Below, one piece after another: positions 36,601-48,672 of a stretch of 64,000 nucleotides of DNA; the stretch's first letter is position 1; each line of letters starts with the position of its first letter. This DNA comes from Macrostomum lignano (Eukaryota). The notes under the pieces are model-generated. The model worked only from the letters and a program-made list of their open reading frames with translations, did not search any database and was not told the DNA's origin. Where the stretch lies: positions 1-64,000 of the forward strand of contig NIVC01000570.1 of the NCBI GenBank assembly GCA_002269645.1, read 5' to 3'. The translations under genes and the position numbers were made by a program.

Positions 36601-39248
36601 CTCTCTCTACTCTAATCTCTACTACCTTATTTATATCTTCTAACTGGTCTTTCGTCTGTACTCTCTCCTGTCTCCTTTCTCCCGTCTTTTCTCCTCTCTT
36701 CTCTCTCCCCTCCTCTCTCATCTCTCATCCCTCATCTCACTCTTTCTTTCTCCTCTACTCTCCTCTCTCTTCTATTTCCTCTGTACGCTCTTATCCCTCA
36801 TCTATTCTCTCTCCTATCATCTCTCTTGTCTCTCTCTGCTATCTCATATCTCCCATCTCATCTCCTCTCTCCTCTTCTCTTCTGTCCTCCTCTTCATTCC
36901 CGCCTCACTCCCCTCTTCTCTCCCTATCTGTCATCTCTCCTCTCTCATATCTACTCTCTTTTCTATCATCTCCTCTCTCTTCTCTTTCACTCTTCTCTCT
37001 ACTCTCTTATCTGACTGACTGAAGGTGACGAATCCATTGAACTCCATGAAACAAAAATCTATCGAAATTCTCTCCGAAAAACAAATCCTCTCGGTGAAAC
37101 TGGACTGAATCGAAATTTTCTCCGTCAAAAAGAACTCAACTCTCAGAATTCATTGGTTAGGGACCTTAGGTTTAGGGTTAGAGAGCTGCACAGAGCTGCG
37201 TGTTGAAAGACGCCGATGCCCGATATTAAAAAATTGAACTAATTGAAGCAATAGATTGCGCAACCAATTTTTCAGTCAGTCATAAGCCAGTTTTAAGCTT
37301 CATTTTTTTGTATCTTAAAGCCAACCACTGGGGCATAGGGAATCGGGGGTTTAGGGTGGGAAAAAACTTCATGGGGATTGATTTTACCTACCTAAACTTC
37401 AATAGAGGCATGGGGGTCTATTGAAGATTAGGTAGGTTAATTCTGAACCCAAGGGGGGTTGGGCCAATAACCACCAACCACCGTGACATGGGGAATAGGG
37501 GGATTTAGGGTGGGGAAAATCTTAATGGGGATTGATTTTATGTACCTAAACTTCAATAGGGGCATGGGGTCTATTGTAGATTAGGTAGATATATTTGGAG
37601 ACTAAGAGTGTCTAGGGGGAAAATTGTAATGCAGCTTAAATTAAAAATTCAGCAAGTTATCAAACACCTCTATGGAGAAACAGTTATAATCTTATCAATC
37701 TAATTGATATCAGCAGCTGTAATTACCTTTTAGAATAGAAACAACAATGCAAATTAGTAGAAATTAAGTATAGGTAAACAATTAAAGAATGTATAGCTAG
37801 TTATAACCATGAGAGAATGACAGCAAATCAAAAGCAAGAGGTGAGGGCAGTGGCAAACCGTGAATCAGCATTTTTAAAAACACTTATTTGACATGGCACT
37901 CTCACTGCACTATAACAAACTGAGTGAAGAAAAATTAAAATAGACATTCTTTTTATTGGAGCTAAAATCTAACCCTCTAAATGTTTTTTAGAATGAATTC
38001 ATTAAACTGTAGAAAATATTTACCTTTAAAAGTCATGATTATAAAAAAGTTTAATTTTCAAACATACAATTCTCCAAAACTAACATAGGGGATTAACAAA
38101 TTGAGCTCCTGTTAACTTTGAAGATATTTTTGCAGTTTTCTTTGCTTTAGTATCATTTTGGATAGCCACCAAGACTCTGGCAAAAGTTATAGAAAAATTG
38201 GAAAATTGGAAGTAAATAAATATGGAATGGAAGTAGATAAAGTTTCATTATCTAATCCATTTCCATACATTTCCTTCCTTTAAATGATTGTATAACAAAA
38301 GTATATATAGAGATGTCCCAACTTTTGCCAAGAATCTTGTTGAGGCTTTGTTTGATTGCTTCGTTTTGGTTGAACTCAACATCAAATAGACATCAACTGA
38401 AACTGCCTTAATGCGGTGCCTTTGACTTATAGATAACCTTTCATCTGGTTTCTATTCTTTGATTGCATCTTTTACACTTGAACCATATAACAAGTGCCTA
38501 GGAATGCAGATTATAAAATGAAAGAATGCCAAAACATTTAACTGCTTGAAGTTTGACTTCAAAAAAAGAAAATTGTTACTTTAAATAAATTTTGCTTAAT
38601 AAACAGTTTATAAAATTATTAAAATAATAAAACTATACTAAAAATTTGGATCTTGGGAGACCTACAGAGTTTTTATTTCTACTCTGAAAGTATAAAATGC
38701 AAATTGGCATTTATTTTCTAAAATAAGAATGATACTAAGTTCTTAATCTTTTAATATAGTATAAAATAATGTATATTATGTATGTATATGTATGTATATA
38801 ATATATAATTTTGAAAAGTAATAAAGAAAAGATTCTTTGAAAGCTAATAATACTTAAGTATCAATTAAAACTTCCTTAAATTCTTCTACTAGGAATTAAC
38901 AAATAAAGCTAGTATAGTAATAGTACTAGTATAAAGAAAATTACATTCATAAGATTATAATTTATACTTCAAAATTAAGTAAAACTACTTCAATTATTAT
39001 AATACATTGACATTAAGCTATTTCATTTTTGAAATTTGATTGGTAAGTTGAAATTAGAAACAATTAAATGACAACTATTTACTATTATTGTACATTAGTA
39101 AGGTGAAAAAATTATTATATAATTAATACAATTCAGTTATGACTATTACATTTAGGAGGATCATATGCGCAACCAAGTTCTTATTAAAAGGATACAGTTT
39201 CACAACGTCTGTGTCCATGCGTCTTTTTCCTGGTGTTGGGGACGACAT
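33687..39248 (-). CDS. UBE2H: Ubiquitin-conjugating enzyme E2 H (UBC8-like), 6 coding exons, 194 aa
   Basis: Exons 39196-39248 ([18 protein letters not shown]), 35466-35542, 35313-35387, 35184-35223, 35050-35102 and 33687-33973 total 585 nt. Catalytic region [44 protein letters not shown]; acidic tail ending DMEL. Confidence 0.96.
34208..34788. mobile_element. MITE-like element with CAGGGGTG ends enclosing a 14/15-bp minisatellite, in the UBE2H last intron
   Basis: Ends are CAGGGGTG...CACCCCTG. The direct repeat CGTGGCAT at 34200-34207 and 34793-34800 is offset by 4 nt on the right. The repeat unit is related to that in the 469-929 element. Confidence 0.55.
34217..34715. repeat. Composite 14-bp then 15-bp minisatellite
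   Basis: CAGGATCTTAGCAC switches to CAGGGGCTTTAGCAC at about 34385. Confidence 0.95.
35990..37010. repeat. About 1-kb CT-rich low-complexity tract inside the U12 intron
   Basis: Direct inspection. Confidence 0.9.
37322..37590. repeat. Two diverged direct repeats of about 120 bp, each containing a hairpin
   Basis: Copies at about 37322-37440 and 37475-37590. Confidence 0.85.
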
Positions 39249-41234
39249 TTTACTGGTGATCAAAGGTTTCGTTAATTGAAGTACTAGTACTAATGAATCA
39301 AGGTAATAGTTCCACGATAAAAATTGCTTAGCATTCTGCGAACTCTTCGGGTTTCCATCGCTAAGGTTGAATCAGCTGATTCGTATTATAGTATTCAAAA
39401 TGAATAAAACTCAAAAAATAGAACTAAAAACTTTTAGACACATTCCAAATTAACTAAAAGCAGTACACTGGTCCCATTGAAAGCTGATCGTTTTTCAAAA
39501 TTTGTTAAAACGAGGGAAATGCGCGAAAATTCCTATAATATCGTTACAAAAAGAAATTATTTATAGAATTTTATCGTATGAATTTGTGAAAGCCAAACAT
39601 TTAAGTGTCGTTTAATAATTCCAATACCATCTTCTGCCGAGTACAGAAGACAGTATATAGCTTCGATTTTCTGTACAGGAGTACATGTATAAAGATGTAT
39701 TCTGAAAGTATCTACCATATGTTTTTAACTATATGCGTGATGCGCCCAAAACTGCCCGAAACTGCGTTTTCGGGCAGTTGTGTTGAACTAATTCAGTACT
39801 GCCTCTGAATTTTTCGAAAAGCTGGCATGCGTTAGACTTATCAAACAATTTTTTCTCCGCATTTCTACCAAAGATGATAAGCTATGTTAAAGATTAAAAA
39901 ATCGGCTCTTTTTTCTTTCTTTTGATCTATAATTTGCGTTCATTTATTTTTCATAATTTTGTAGTTTGGTCAGCAGACATGTTCAAGAAAACAGTGCTTC
40001 GATAAAAAGGACAGCTAGACTTTTATATTTTACTCACCTAGGAATCACGAGCATGACTTCATTAGCAAGATTCTTTAGTCATTTTTTAGCTCTCTCTCTA
40101 TGATCATTATATTCTCTTTTTTATATAAATGAGCACCCAAAAACCTTATGCGGAGAAACTATTGGGCTTATATTATCCACTTTAATTATGACCGAAGGCA
40201 AAAAACCCTATCAAATGTATGGCACACAGCTTACTAAATTCAAGAAAATTCTGATACGAGCGATCGAAGTCTTTGAAAAAAACAGTGGCCTGCAGTTCTT
40301 CCCTAAGCCCTCCCCCACCCCTAGAATCTCAATCTCGGCATGCCAACTCGATAGGCAAGACAGACTGGCCCAGCGCCCGTGTCCAGCTGATTGATGGCTC
40401 GGCCAGGCCTGCCAGTACATGTATATACAGGGATCGAGAGCCATTATACATTCTCCGATCCCTAGCTGGGGGATTCCCGCCGGGGGATAAAGCGAGAGAG
40501 AGAGAGGAGCGGGGGAGGATAAAAGCTGCAGTTGGTTTATGAAAAAAAGATTCCCAAGCTGCTGCTCCCAGAGGATCAGAAAAGGTCGTCGAATTGGGGA
40601 GTGCAGGGAAGGGATTTGGCCTCCAACGGGAGTTGCCCTGGTGTATCACCTCCTGATCGCGCGGCAACAAGAAGTTCTCTTTCACCCCCGCTGGGCCGGA
40701 CCGGCCCTCAATAAACCCAAAAACTAAAGATTCGATCCCTCGACTAGCATTGCCGGTCACGAGCCCTGGCGGGAATTATATTGCATGGCATGCCCCTTAA
40801 CGGTTGGGAGGAAATCGGTCAGCTCACTAAAGCCACGTTGACCTGCCGGCCGCTCGGATGCGAAAATGATAAATTAGCCAGGATTGGTTCGAATGAAATA
40901 TTTTGAAATCGACTTTTACAGACTTACTATTACTATATAAACTACTCTTACAAATCGAGCTTAAGCGAAATCGAACAACACTTATTTGTCATGCAATTGC
41001 TATGGATTAAAGCGGCGAAAAAAATATTGATTGGAATATTTACATTACTTTTTTTTTAAGTTTTTTCCAAGTATTACTTGGAGTGGATGTCTCGCTCACC
41101 TATGTAGACTGCTATTCAAAAGCGTTTGGAAACTTCCAACAAAATTTGAACGAAATTTCAAAGTCAACCGCAAGCGCTGCAGGACTGAATTCTGTTGGAA
41201 TCTTTGGATCTTGACTCCTGAACGATTGCCTGTG

Positions 41235-42500
41235 CCCTACTCTACCACCGATGTTATTTTGCACCCCTACTCTACCACCGATGTTATTCTGAACCCTACT
41301 CTACCACCGATGTTATTTTGCACCCCTACTCTACCACCGATGTTATTCTGAACAATACTCTACCACCGATGTTATTTTGCACCCCTACTCTACCACCGAT
41401 GTTATTCTGAACCCTACTCTACCACCGATGTTATTCTGACCCCTACTCTACCACCGATGTTATTCTGATTCCTACTCTACCACCGATGTTATTTTGCACC
41501 CCTACTCTACCACCGATGTTATTCTGAACCCTACTCTACCACCGATGTTATTCTGAACCCTACTCTACCACCGATGTTATTTTGCACCCCTACTCTACCA
41601 CCGATGTTATTCTGAACAATACTCTACCACCGATGTTATTTTGCACCCCTACTCTACCACCGATGTTATTCTTAACCCTACTCTACCACCGATGTTATTC
41701 TTAACCCTACTCTACCACCGATGTTATTCTGAACCCTACTATACCACCGATGTTATTCTTAACCCTACTCTACCACCGATGTTATTCTTAACCCTACTCT
41801 ACCACCGATGTTATTCTTAACCCTACTCTACCACCGATGTTATTCTGAACCCTACTCTACCACCGATGTTATTCTTAACCCTACTCTACCACCGATGTTA
41901 TTCTTAACCCTACTCTACCACCGATGTTATTCTGAACCCTACTATACCACCGATGTTATTCTGAACCCTACTCTACCACCGATGTTATTCTGCACCCTAC
42001 TCTACCACCGAGGTTATTCTGCACCCTACTCTACCACTGATTTTATTCTGCACCCTACTCTACCACTGATGTTATTCTGCACCCTACTCTACCATCGATG
42101 TTATTCTGCACCCTACTCTACCACTAATGTTTTCTGCACCCTACTCTACCACCGATGTTATTCTGCACCCTACTCTACCACCGATGTTATTCTGCACCCT
42201 ACTCTACCACCGAGGTTATTCTGCACCCTACTCTACCATCGATGTTATTCTGCACCCTACTCTACCACTAATGTTTTCTGCACCCTACTCTACCACCGAT
42301 GTTATTCTGCACCCTACTCTACCACCGATGTTATTCTGCACCCTACTCTACCACCAATGTTATTCTGCACCCTACTCTACCACCGAGGTTATTCTGCACC
42401 CTACTCTACCATCGATGTTATTCTGCACCCTACTCTACCACTGATGTTTTCTGCACCCTACTCTACCACCGATGTTATTCTGCACCCTACTCTACCACAG
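41235..42500. repeat. 29-30-bp minisatellite (CCCTACTCTACCACCGATGTTATTCTGCA)n
   Basis: Direct inspection. Confidence 0.95.
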
Positions 42501-42692
42501 TACTCTACTCTAATTACTTCTGAACCTCATTAACGCCACTCTATTGAAGCTTCAAGTACCTTATTGACAATCTAACCAAATTTTATTCTAAATAACCTCT
42601 ACATGCGCCTGAACTTTTCAGTGTTAAAAACAGTGCAATCAAAAAATAAAAATACGCCACTCCGAAGATCGTTGCATGAGTCAGCTAAGCGA

Positions 42693-44192
42693 CTACGCAG
42701 ATTCCTCAGGCGGCGGATTCTCCGACTCCGACGGCCCCTCATCAACAAATGCAGTCGCTTTCGGGCTGGCCGGAGTCAGCGTCACCGCCGGGTGCACCGT
42801 CCGCCAGATGTTCGGGTCGGAGCGGAAACAGCAATACACGGAGTCGCAGGGCGGCAGCTCCGTCGTAGCCGGGAAAATTGCCGCCGCTGAATTCGATGCG
42901 CCGGCGCCGGCGGCATCGTCGGTGGCCTCGTCGGCGACGACACGAACAACTGCCACGGTCGGTGGTAGAAGCGGCCGGCTGTAGCGCCTGGCGGAGCCAT
43001 TCTCCACGATAGACAGACGGCCGGGCACCAGACTGAGCCTGGCGCCTGCGGCCGCGGTGGCGTGACTGCTGCTGCTGCTTTTGCGCTTGCCGCCTCGATT
43101 GTTGCCCCACACGTGGCGCACGTACACCTGCGCGTGCCGGGTGGGTGACGGTTGGAAGGAGTCTGTGTTAGCTTGTACATCATTTCCTATGCACATTGAA
43201 TCAGTGCACATGCGAACAAAGTCTAGTATTTTCACGTTGTAACATTCTAGCGTGGGGTGGCTGTTTTAAAGGAGCAGGAGTGAGGTGGCTGTTTAAAAAG
43301 GCGTAGGAGTGGGGTGGCTGTTTTAAAAAGGTAGGAGTGGGGTGGCTGTTTAAGAATGGGCAAAAGTGGGGTGGCTGTTTTAAAGGGGTGGGAGTGGGGG
43401 TGGCTGTTTTAAAGGGGCAGGAGTGTGGTGGCTGTTTTACAGGGGCAGGAGTGCAGGGTTGTTTCAAAAGGGCAGGAGTGGGGTGTGGGGTTGCTGTTTT
43501 AAAGGGGCAGGAGTGGGGTTGCTGTTTTAAAGGGGCAGGAGTGGGGTTGCTGTTTTAAAGGGCAGGAGTGGGGTGGCTGTTTTAAAGGGCAGGAGTGGGG
43601 GTGTGGGGTGGCTGTTTTAAAGTGGCTCGAGTGGGGTGGCTGACGCAATGGGGATGGGGAGGGTGTGAGGTGTCTGTTATAAATGATAGGCGTGGGACTT
43701 CAACGTGTCCTCAAGTGCTCAAAAGGCACTAGAAATGCTGAGTCTGACATTGAAAAGTTAAAATTCAGATTGAGTCTTAACAAAGACGCAAAGCAACCGG
43801 ACCTCCTTCCTGTACATGGAGTGCCTGGTCTTGTACAGCCCGACGTCCACGTAGCTGAATCGGCCCCGCTGCCTCCGGCAAGCGCAGACTAGAAGGCGCA
43901 GCAGGCTGTTCTGCGCTGCCGTTGGCAGGGCCATGCTGCAGATCATGGCCAGCAGCAGTAGCGAGAAGAATGTCACGAGGCCGGTCAGCAGCGGCTGGTT
44001 CGCCTGGCCGGGACAGCCGGCCACGGCCTCGGCCTGGGTGCCGTTGCACAGCTCCGGCGAGGGTAGAGACGGGCGCATCGCCGGTTGGTCGGCCTCCTCG
44101 GGACCGTGGCCCTGCAGGATCTGGCAGCGAGAGCTGGATACGGCCAGAAGCAGAGTCTGCAACAGCTGCAGCAGCAATCGCGGCAAAGTCAT
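42693..44192 (-). CDS. Putative orphan single-pass membrane protein, about 274 aa, 2 exons
   Basis: Exon 43803-44192: signal-peptide-like MTLPRLLLQLLQTLLLAVSSS, a hydrophobic helix LLTGLVTFFSLLLLAMICSMAL, then basic RRQRGR. Joined phase 0 through a weak GTCCGG donor to the acceptor before 43127 (exon 42693-43127). GC-rich codons; AATAAA on the minus strand at 42582-42587. No recognisable domain. Confidence 0.45.
43253..43640. repeat. About 28-30-bp degenerate minisatellite (GGGGTGGCTGTTTTAAAGGGGCAGGAGT)n
   Basis: Direct inspection; lies in the predicted intron of the orphan membrane gene. Confidence 0.9.
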
Positions 44193-45014
44193 TCTGTACG
44201 GCAGAGCGCGCTCTGATTTCAGAATAAATCTATTTTAGTGACTCGGCGGTCGGAGCGGCCAGTCGGCTGGGATTGGCTGCAGCTCGCTGGTTCTCGCTGG
44301 CTGCGGAATATTTAGAGCGCTCTGCAAATCTAGGCGATAAAATATCCGCCAGCTATAGACTACTGTTAGCGTATATGTTGGTTTTGATTACTAAGTTTAA
44401 AACGATTAATTTTTCTAATCCAAACAGCAAAACAAATTAGAAATTTCTGGGTGGGCTTTCACTGAAGGGAAGGTTGGTAGCTGGTAATTTTTCAATCAAG
44501 TACTCGTAGGAGGAATTTACTCGATGTTTGTACTATTTGAGGTGTATCCCTGACTGCAGGTTGCTCACCACCAGCTCACCAGAGCATTGATAAATGACAG
44601 ACTGAACGGCATTCCACTGGTGCCTTTAGAAGATAATAATAATCATTATATCCCTAAATTCCAGTTATCTGTCGGTCGCAGACGCTCATGCGACACGGAC
44701 AAGAGCTCAGCCCACGCATATTTAACTGCACTGCCGCACGGTCTGCACAGATGGCAACAGTAAAAATAAATAAGAACAGGGACTCAATTTTGAGCTCTGT
44801 CTTGCTGTTTTACTCTTGCTTATGAAAATAAAGCAATCTAGTTAGTTTCAAATGAAACTAAAGTTAAAGTACATTTTCGCTCGAATATCATTGAAAGAAT
44901 AGAGGTTTTATAAATCAGTATTGAACGGCCGTTGCTTGGATATTTATGCCTAATATCAATGCAGAAAATTATTGGTACTGCGCTGACCGCTGATAACCTT
45001 TTCTGACCCTTTCT

Positions 45015-46238
45015 TGACCCTTTCCTGGTCCTTTCCTGGTCCTTTCCTGGTCCTTTCCTGGTCCTTTCCTGGTCCTTTCCTGGTCCTTTCCTGGTCCTTT
45101 CCTGGTCCTTTTTGGTCCTTTCCTGGTCCTTTCCTGGTCCTTTCCTGGTTCTTTCCTGGTCCTTTCCTGGTTCTTTCCTGGTCCTTTCCTGGTCCTTTCC
45201 TGGTCCTTTCCTGGTCCTTTCCTGGTCCTTTCCTGGTTCTTTAATGGTCCTTTCCTGGTCCATTCCTGGTCCTTTCCTGGTCCTTTCCTGGTCTTTTAAT
45301 GGTCCTTTCCTGGTCCTTTCCTGGTCCTTTCCTGGTCCTTTCCTGGTCCTTTCCTGGTCCTTTCCTGGTCCTTTCCTGGTCCTTTCCTGGTCCTTTCCTG
45401 GTCCTTTCCTGGTCCTTTCCTGGTCCTTTCCTGGTTCTTTCCTGGTCCTTTCCTGGTTCTTTCCTGGTCCTTTCCTGGTCCTTTCCTGGTCCTTTCCTGG
45501 TCCTTTCCTGGTCCTTTCCTGGTTCTTTAATGGTCCTTTCCTGGTCCATTCCTGGTCCTTTCCTGGTCCTTTCCTGGTCTTTTAATGGTCCTTTCCTGGT
45601 TCTTTCCTGGTCCTTTCCTGGTCTTTTAATGGTCCTTTCCTGGTTCTTTCCTGGTCCTTTCCTGGTCCTTTCCAGGTCCTTTCCTGGTCCTTTCCTGGTC
45701 CTTTCCTGGTCTTTTAATGGTCCTTTCCTGGTTCTTTCCTGGTTCTTTCCTGGTCCTTTCCTGGTCCTTTCCTGGTCCTTTCCTGGTCTTTTAATGGTCC
45801 TTTCCTGGTCCTTTCCTGGTCCTTTCCTGGTTCTTTCCTGGTTCTTTCCTGGTATTTTAATGGTCCTTTCCTGGTCCTTTCCTGGTCCTTTCCTGGTCTT
45901 TTCCTGGTTCTTTCCTGGTCCTTTCCTGGTCCTTTCCTGGTCCTTTCCTGGTCCTTTCCTGGTCCTTTCCTGGTTCTTTCCTGGTTCTTTCTTGGTCCTT
46001 TCCTGGTCCTTTCCTGGTTCTTTCCTGGTCCTTTCCTGGTCCTTTCCTGGTCCTTTCCTGGTCCTTTCCTGGTCCTTTCCTGGTCCTTTCCTGGTCCTTT
46101 AATGGTCCTTTCCTGGTCCTTTCCTGGTCCTTTCCTGGTCTTTTCCTGGTCCTTTCCTGGTCCTTTCCTGGTCCTTTCCTGGTCCTTTCCTGGTCCTTTC
46201 CTGGTCCTTTCCTGGTCCTTTCCTGGTCCTTTCCTGGT
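45015..46238. repeat. 11-bp minisatellite (GGTCCTTTCCT)n
   Basis: Direct inspection. Confidence 0.95.
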
Positions 46239-46693
46239 CCGTTCACGGCCCCTCCCTAATCCTTCCCGGAACCGAACCCAAAGAGATTCAACAAACCGGA
46301 ATCTGTGATCTCCAATGCCTCATCAACTAACATATTTTCGGCTAACTTTTATTCCAATGTTTAACAAATCCAATAACTTAATAACTCATCTATAGTGCAA
46401 GGCGGGTTAATACGATTTCCGGCCGTGACCAACACAATGCATTGGTTGGCGCAGCACAGCTTCCATCTGGCTTAAATGCACCGGCCGCGTCCTCTATATT
46501 TAGCCATTTGTTAATTACTATTTGCTTAAAGCTGCAACTACTAACAGGGAGAGTTATAGGGGATTAGGATTAGGGGAGGGGCTGAACTATGTGAAGTTAG
46601 AGCTGTTTACCAGAGCTGTACAATGCGGTTTATGATGATGAAGAGATGGGTGTCACGGAGTAGCTATCGTAAAAGAGGATCATTATTAGCTGT

Positions 46694-47284
46694 ATGGATG
46701 GTCATGGCGACTTTTATCGCGGGAATCATGATGGGTATCATGGTGGGAATCATGATGGGTATCATGGTGGGAATCATGATGGGTATCATGGTGGGAATCA
46801 TGATGGGTATCATGGCGGGAATCATGGTGGGAATCATGATGGGTATCATGGTGGGAATCATGATGGGTATCATGGTGGGAATCATGATGTTTATCATGGC
46901 GGGAATCATGGTGGGTATCATGGCGGGAATCATGGTGGGAATCATGATGGGTATCATGGTGGGAATCATGATGGGTATCATGGTGGGAATCATGATGGGT
47001 ATCATGGCGGGAATCATGATGGGTATCATGGTGGCAATCATGATGGGTATCATGGCGGGAATCATGGTGGGAATCATGATGGGTATCATGGTGGGAATCA
47101 TGATGGGTATCATGGTGGCAATCATGATGGGTATCATGGTGGGAATCATGATGTTTATCATGGCGGGAATCATGGTGGGAATCATGATGGGTATCATGGT
47201 GGCAATCATGATGGGTATCATGGCGGGAATCATGATGGGTATCATGGTGGGAATCATGGCGAATGTCAGAAGTATAATGTATAA
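46694..47284 (+). CDS. Candidate Gly/His/Tyr/Asp-rich repeat protein (DGYHGGNH)n; alternatively a non-coding 24-bp minisatellite
   Basis: ATG to TAA ORF of 196 aa. Acceptor-like ttattAG lies 4 nt upstream of the ATG. The common unit variants GGT/GGC and GGG/GGC are synonymous in this frame. Confidence 0.3.
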   Translation: MDGHGDFYRGNHDGYHGGNHDGYHGGNHDGYHGGNHDGYHGGNHGGNHDGYHGGNHDGYHGGNHDVYHGGNHGGYHGGNHGGNHDGYHGGNHDGYHGGNHDGYHGGNHDGYHGGNHDGYHGGNHGGNHDGYHGGNHDGYHGGNHDGYHGGNHDVYHGGNHGGNHDGYHGGNHDGYHGGNHDGYHGGNHGECQKYNV

Positions 47285-47669
47285 TTTATGAAATCTGATC
47301 GCACTTACAACACGAAGTGAGGGACTCACTAACAACAGAAGCCGAAAATTTTTCTCTTTGCTGCTCCGCCAAAAGAAGCAACGCTAGCAATTGCCGAAAG
47401 ACTCTTCTAGCAGGGCGATCAAAAAGTTGGGGAGGTTTTTTGATCAAATAATCTGTACGGCGCAAAATTCACCTTGGGCAGGTGTTTTGCGCGGGTTGTC
47501 TGGACTGGGGCGAGTTTTGGGTTTGTTGGCAAATATATTCTGGATTTTTCATGCGCCGGCTCTCCTTGCCTCCCCTGCCCTCCTCAGCCGCTCTCTGATT
47601 GGCAAATTCTCTTCACTCACTGCAACCGTTCTGGGCATGGTTGCCAAACTTCTCTCTCTCATTTAATGC

Positions 47670-47693
47670 TGTCTGCCTGCCTGTCTGTCTGCC

Positions 47694-47724
<31 letters not shown>

Positions 47725-47793
47725 GTGTCTGTCTGTCTGTCTGTCTGTCTGTGTGTCTGTCTGTCTGCCTGCCTGCCTGCCTGCCTGTCTGCC

Positions 47794-47826
<33 letters not shown>

Positions 47827-47893
47827 TTCTGTCTGTCTGTCTGCCTGCCTGCCTGTCTGTCTGCCTGTCTGTCTGTCTGTCTGTCTGTCTGTG

Positions 47894-47924
<31 letters not shown>

Positions 47925-47965
47925 GTGTCTGTCTGTCTACCTGCCTGCCTGCCTGCCTGTCTGCC

Positions 47966-47998
<33 letters not shown>

Positions 47999-48143
47999 TT
48001 CTGTCTGTCTGTCTGCCTGCCTGCCTGCCTGTCTGTCTGTCTGCCTGTCTGTCTGTCTGTCTGCCTGCCTGCCTGCCTGCCTGCCTGTCTGTCTGTCTGT
48101 CTGTCTGCCTGCCTGCCTGTCTGTCTGCCTGTCTGCCTGTCTA

Positions 48144-48220
<77 letters not shown>

Positions 48221-48261
48221 GTGTCTGTCTGTCTGCCTGCCTGCCTGCCTGCCTGTCTGCC

Positions 48262-48318
<57 letters not shown>

Positions 48319-48341
48319 GCCTGCCTGCCTGTCTGTCTGCC

Positions 48342-48372
<31 letters not shown>

Positions 48373-48373
48373 G

Positions 48374-48408
<35 letters not shown>

Positions 48409-48453
48409 GTGTCTGTCTGTCTGCCTGCCTGCCTGCCTGCCTGCCTGTCTGCC

Positions 48454-48486
<33 letters not shown>

Positions 48487-48487
48487 T

Positions 48488-48518
<31 letters not shown>

Positions 48519-48545
48519 GCCTGCCTGCCTGCCTGTCTGCCTGCC

Positions 48546-48590
<45 letters not shown>

Positions 48591-48597
48591 GCCTGCC

Positions 48598-48630
<33 letters not shown>

Positions 48631-48672
48631 GCCTGCCTGCCTGTCTGTCTGCCTGCCTGCCTGTCTGTCTGT
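47670..48672. repeat. (CTGT)n/(CTGC)n microsatellite, about 1 kb
   Basis: Direct inspection; source of the 300-400 aa spurious ORFs. Confidence 0.97.

Larger units (their letters stand above)
35543..39195 (-). other. U12-type (minor spliceosome) GT-AG intron, UBE2H intron 1, 3653 nt
   Basis: 5' splice site GTATCCTTTT (39186-39195). Branch site TTTCCTTAAC (35569-35578) is followed by an A-rich stretch with no polypyrimidine tract before the AG at 35543-35544. Confidence 0.92.

Noticed and set aside
36036-37022. 328-aa L/S-rich ORF, and similar ORFs at 19581-20393
   Set aside because: They come from CT/GA low-complexity DNA.
37155-37182. Interstitial telomeric TTAGGG
   Set aside because: Only two or three scattered imperfect units.
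44838-46308. ORFs with KDQERTRKGPG / LSWSFPGPF repeats
   Set aside because: They are products of the 11-bp minisatellite cycling through frames.
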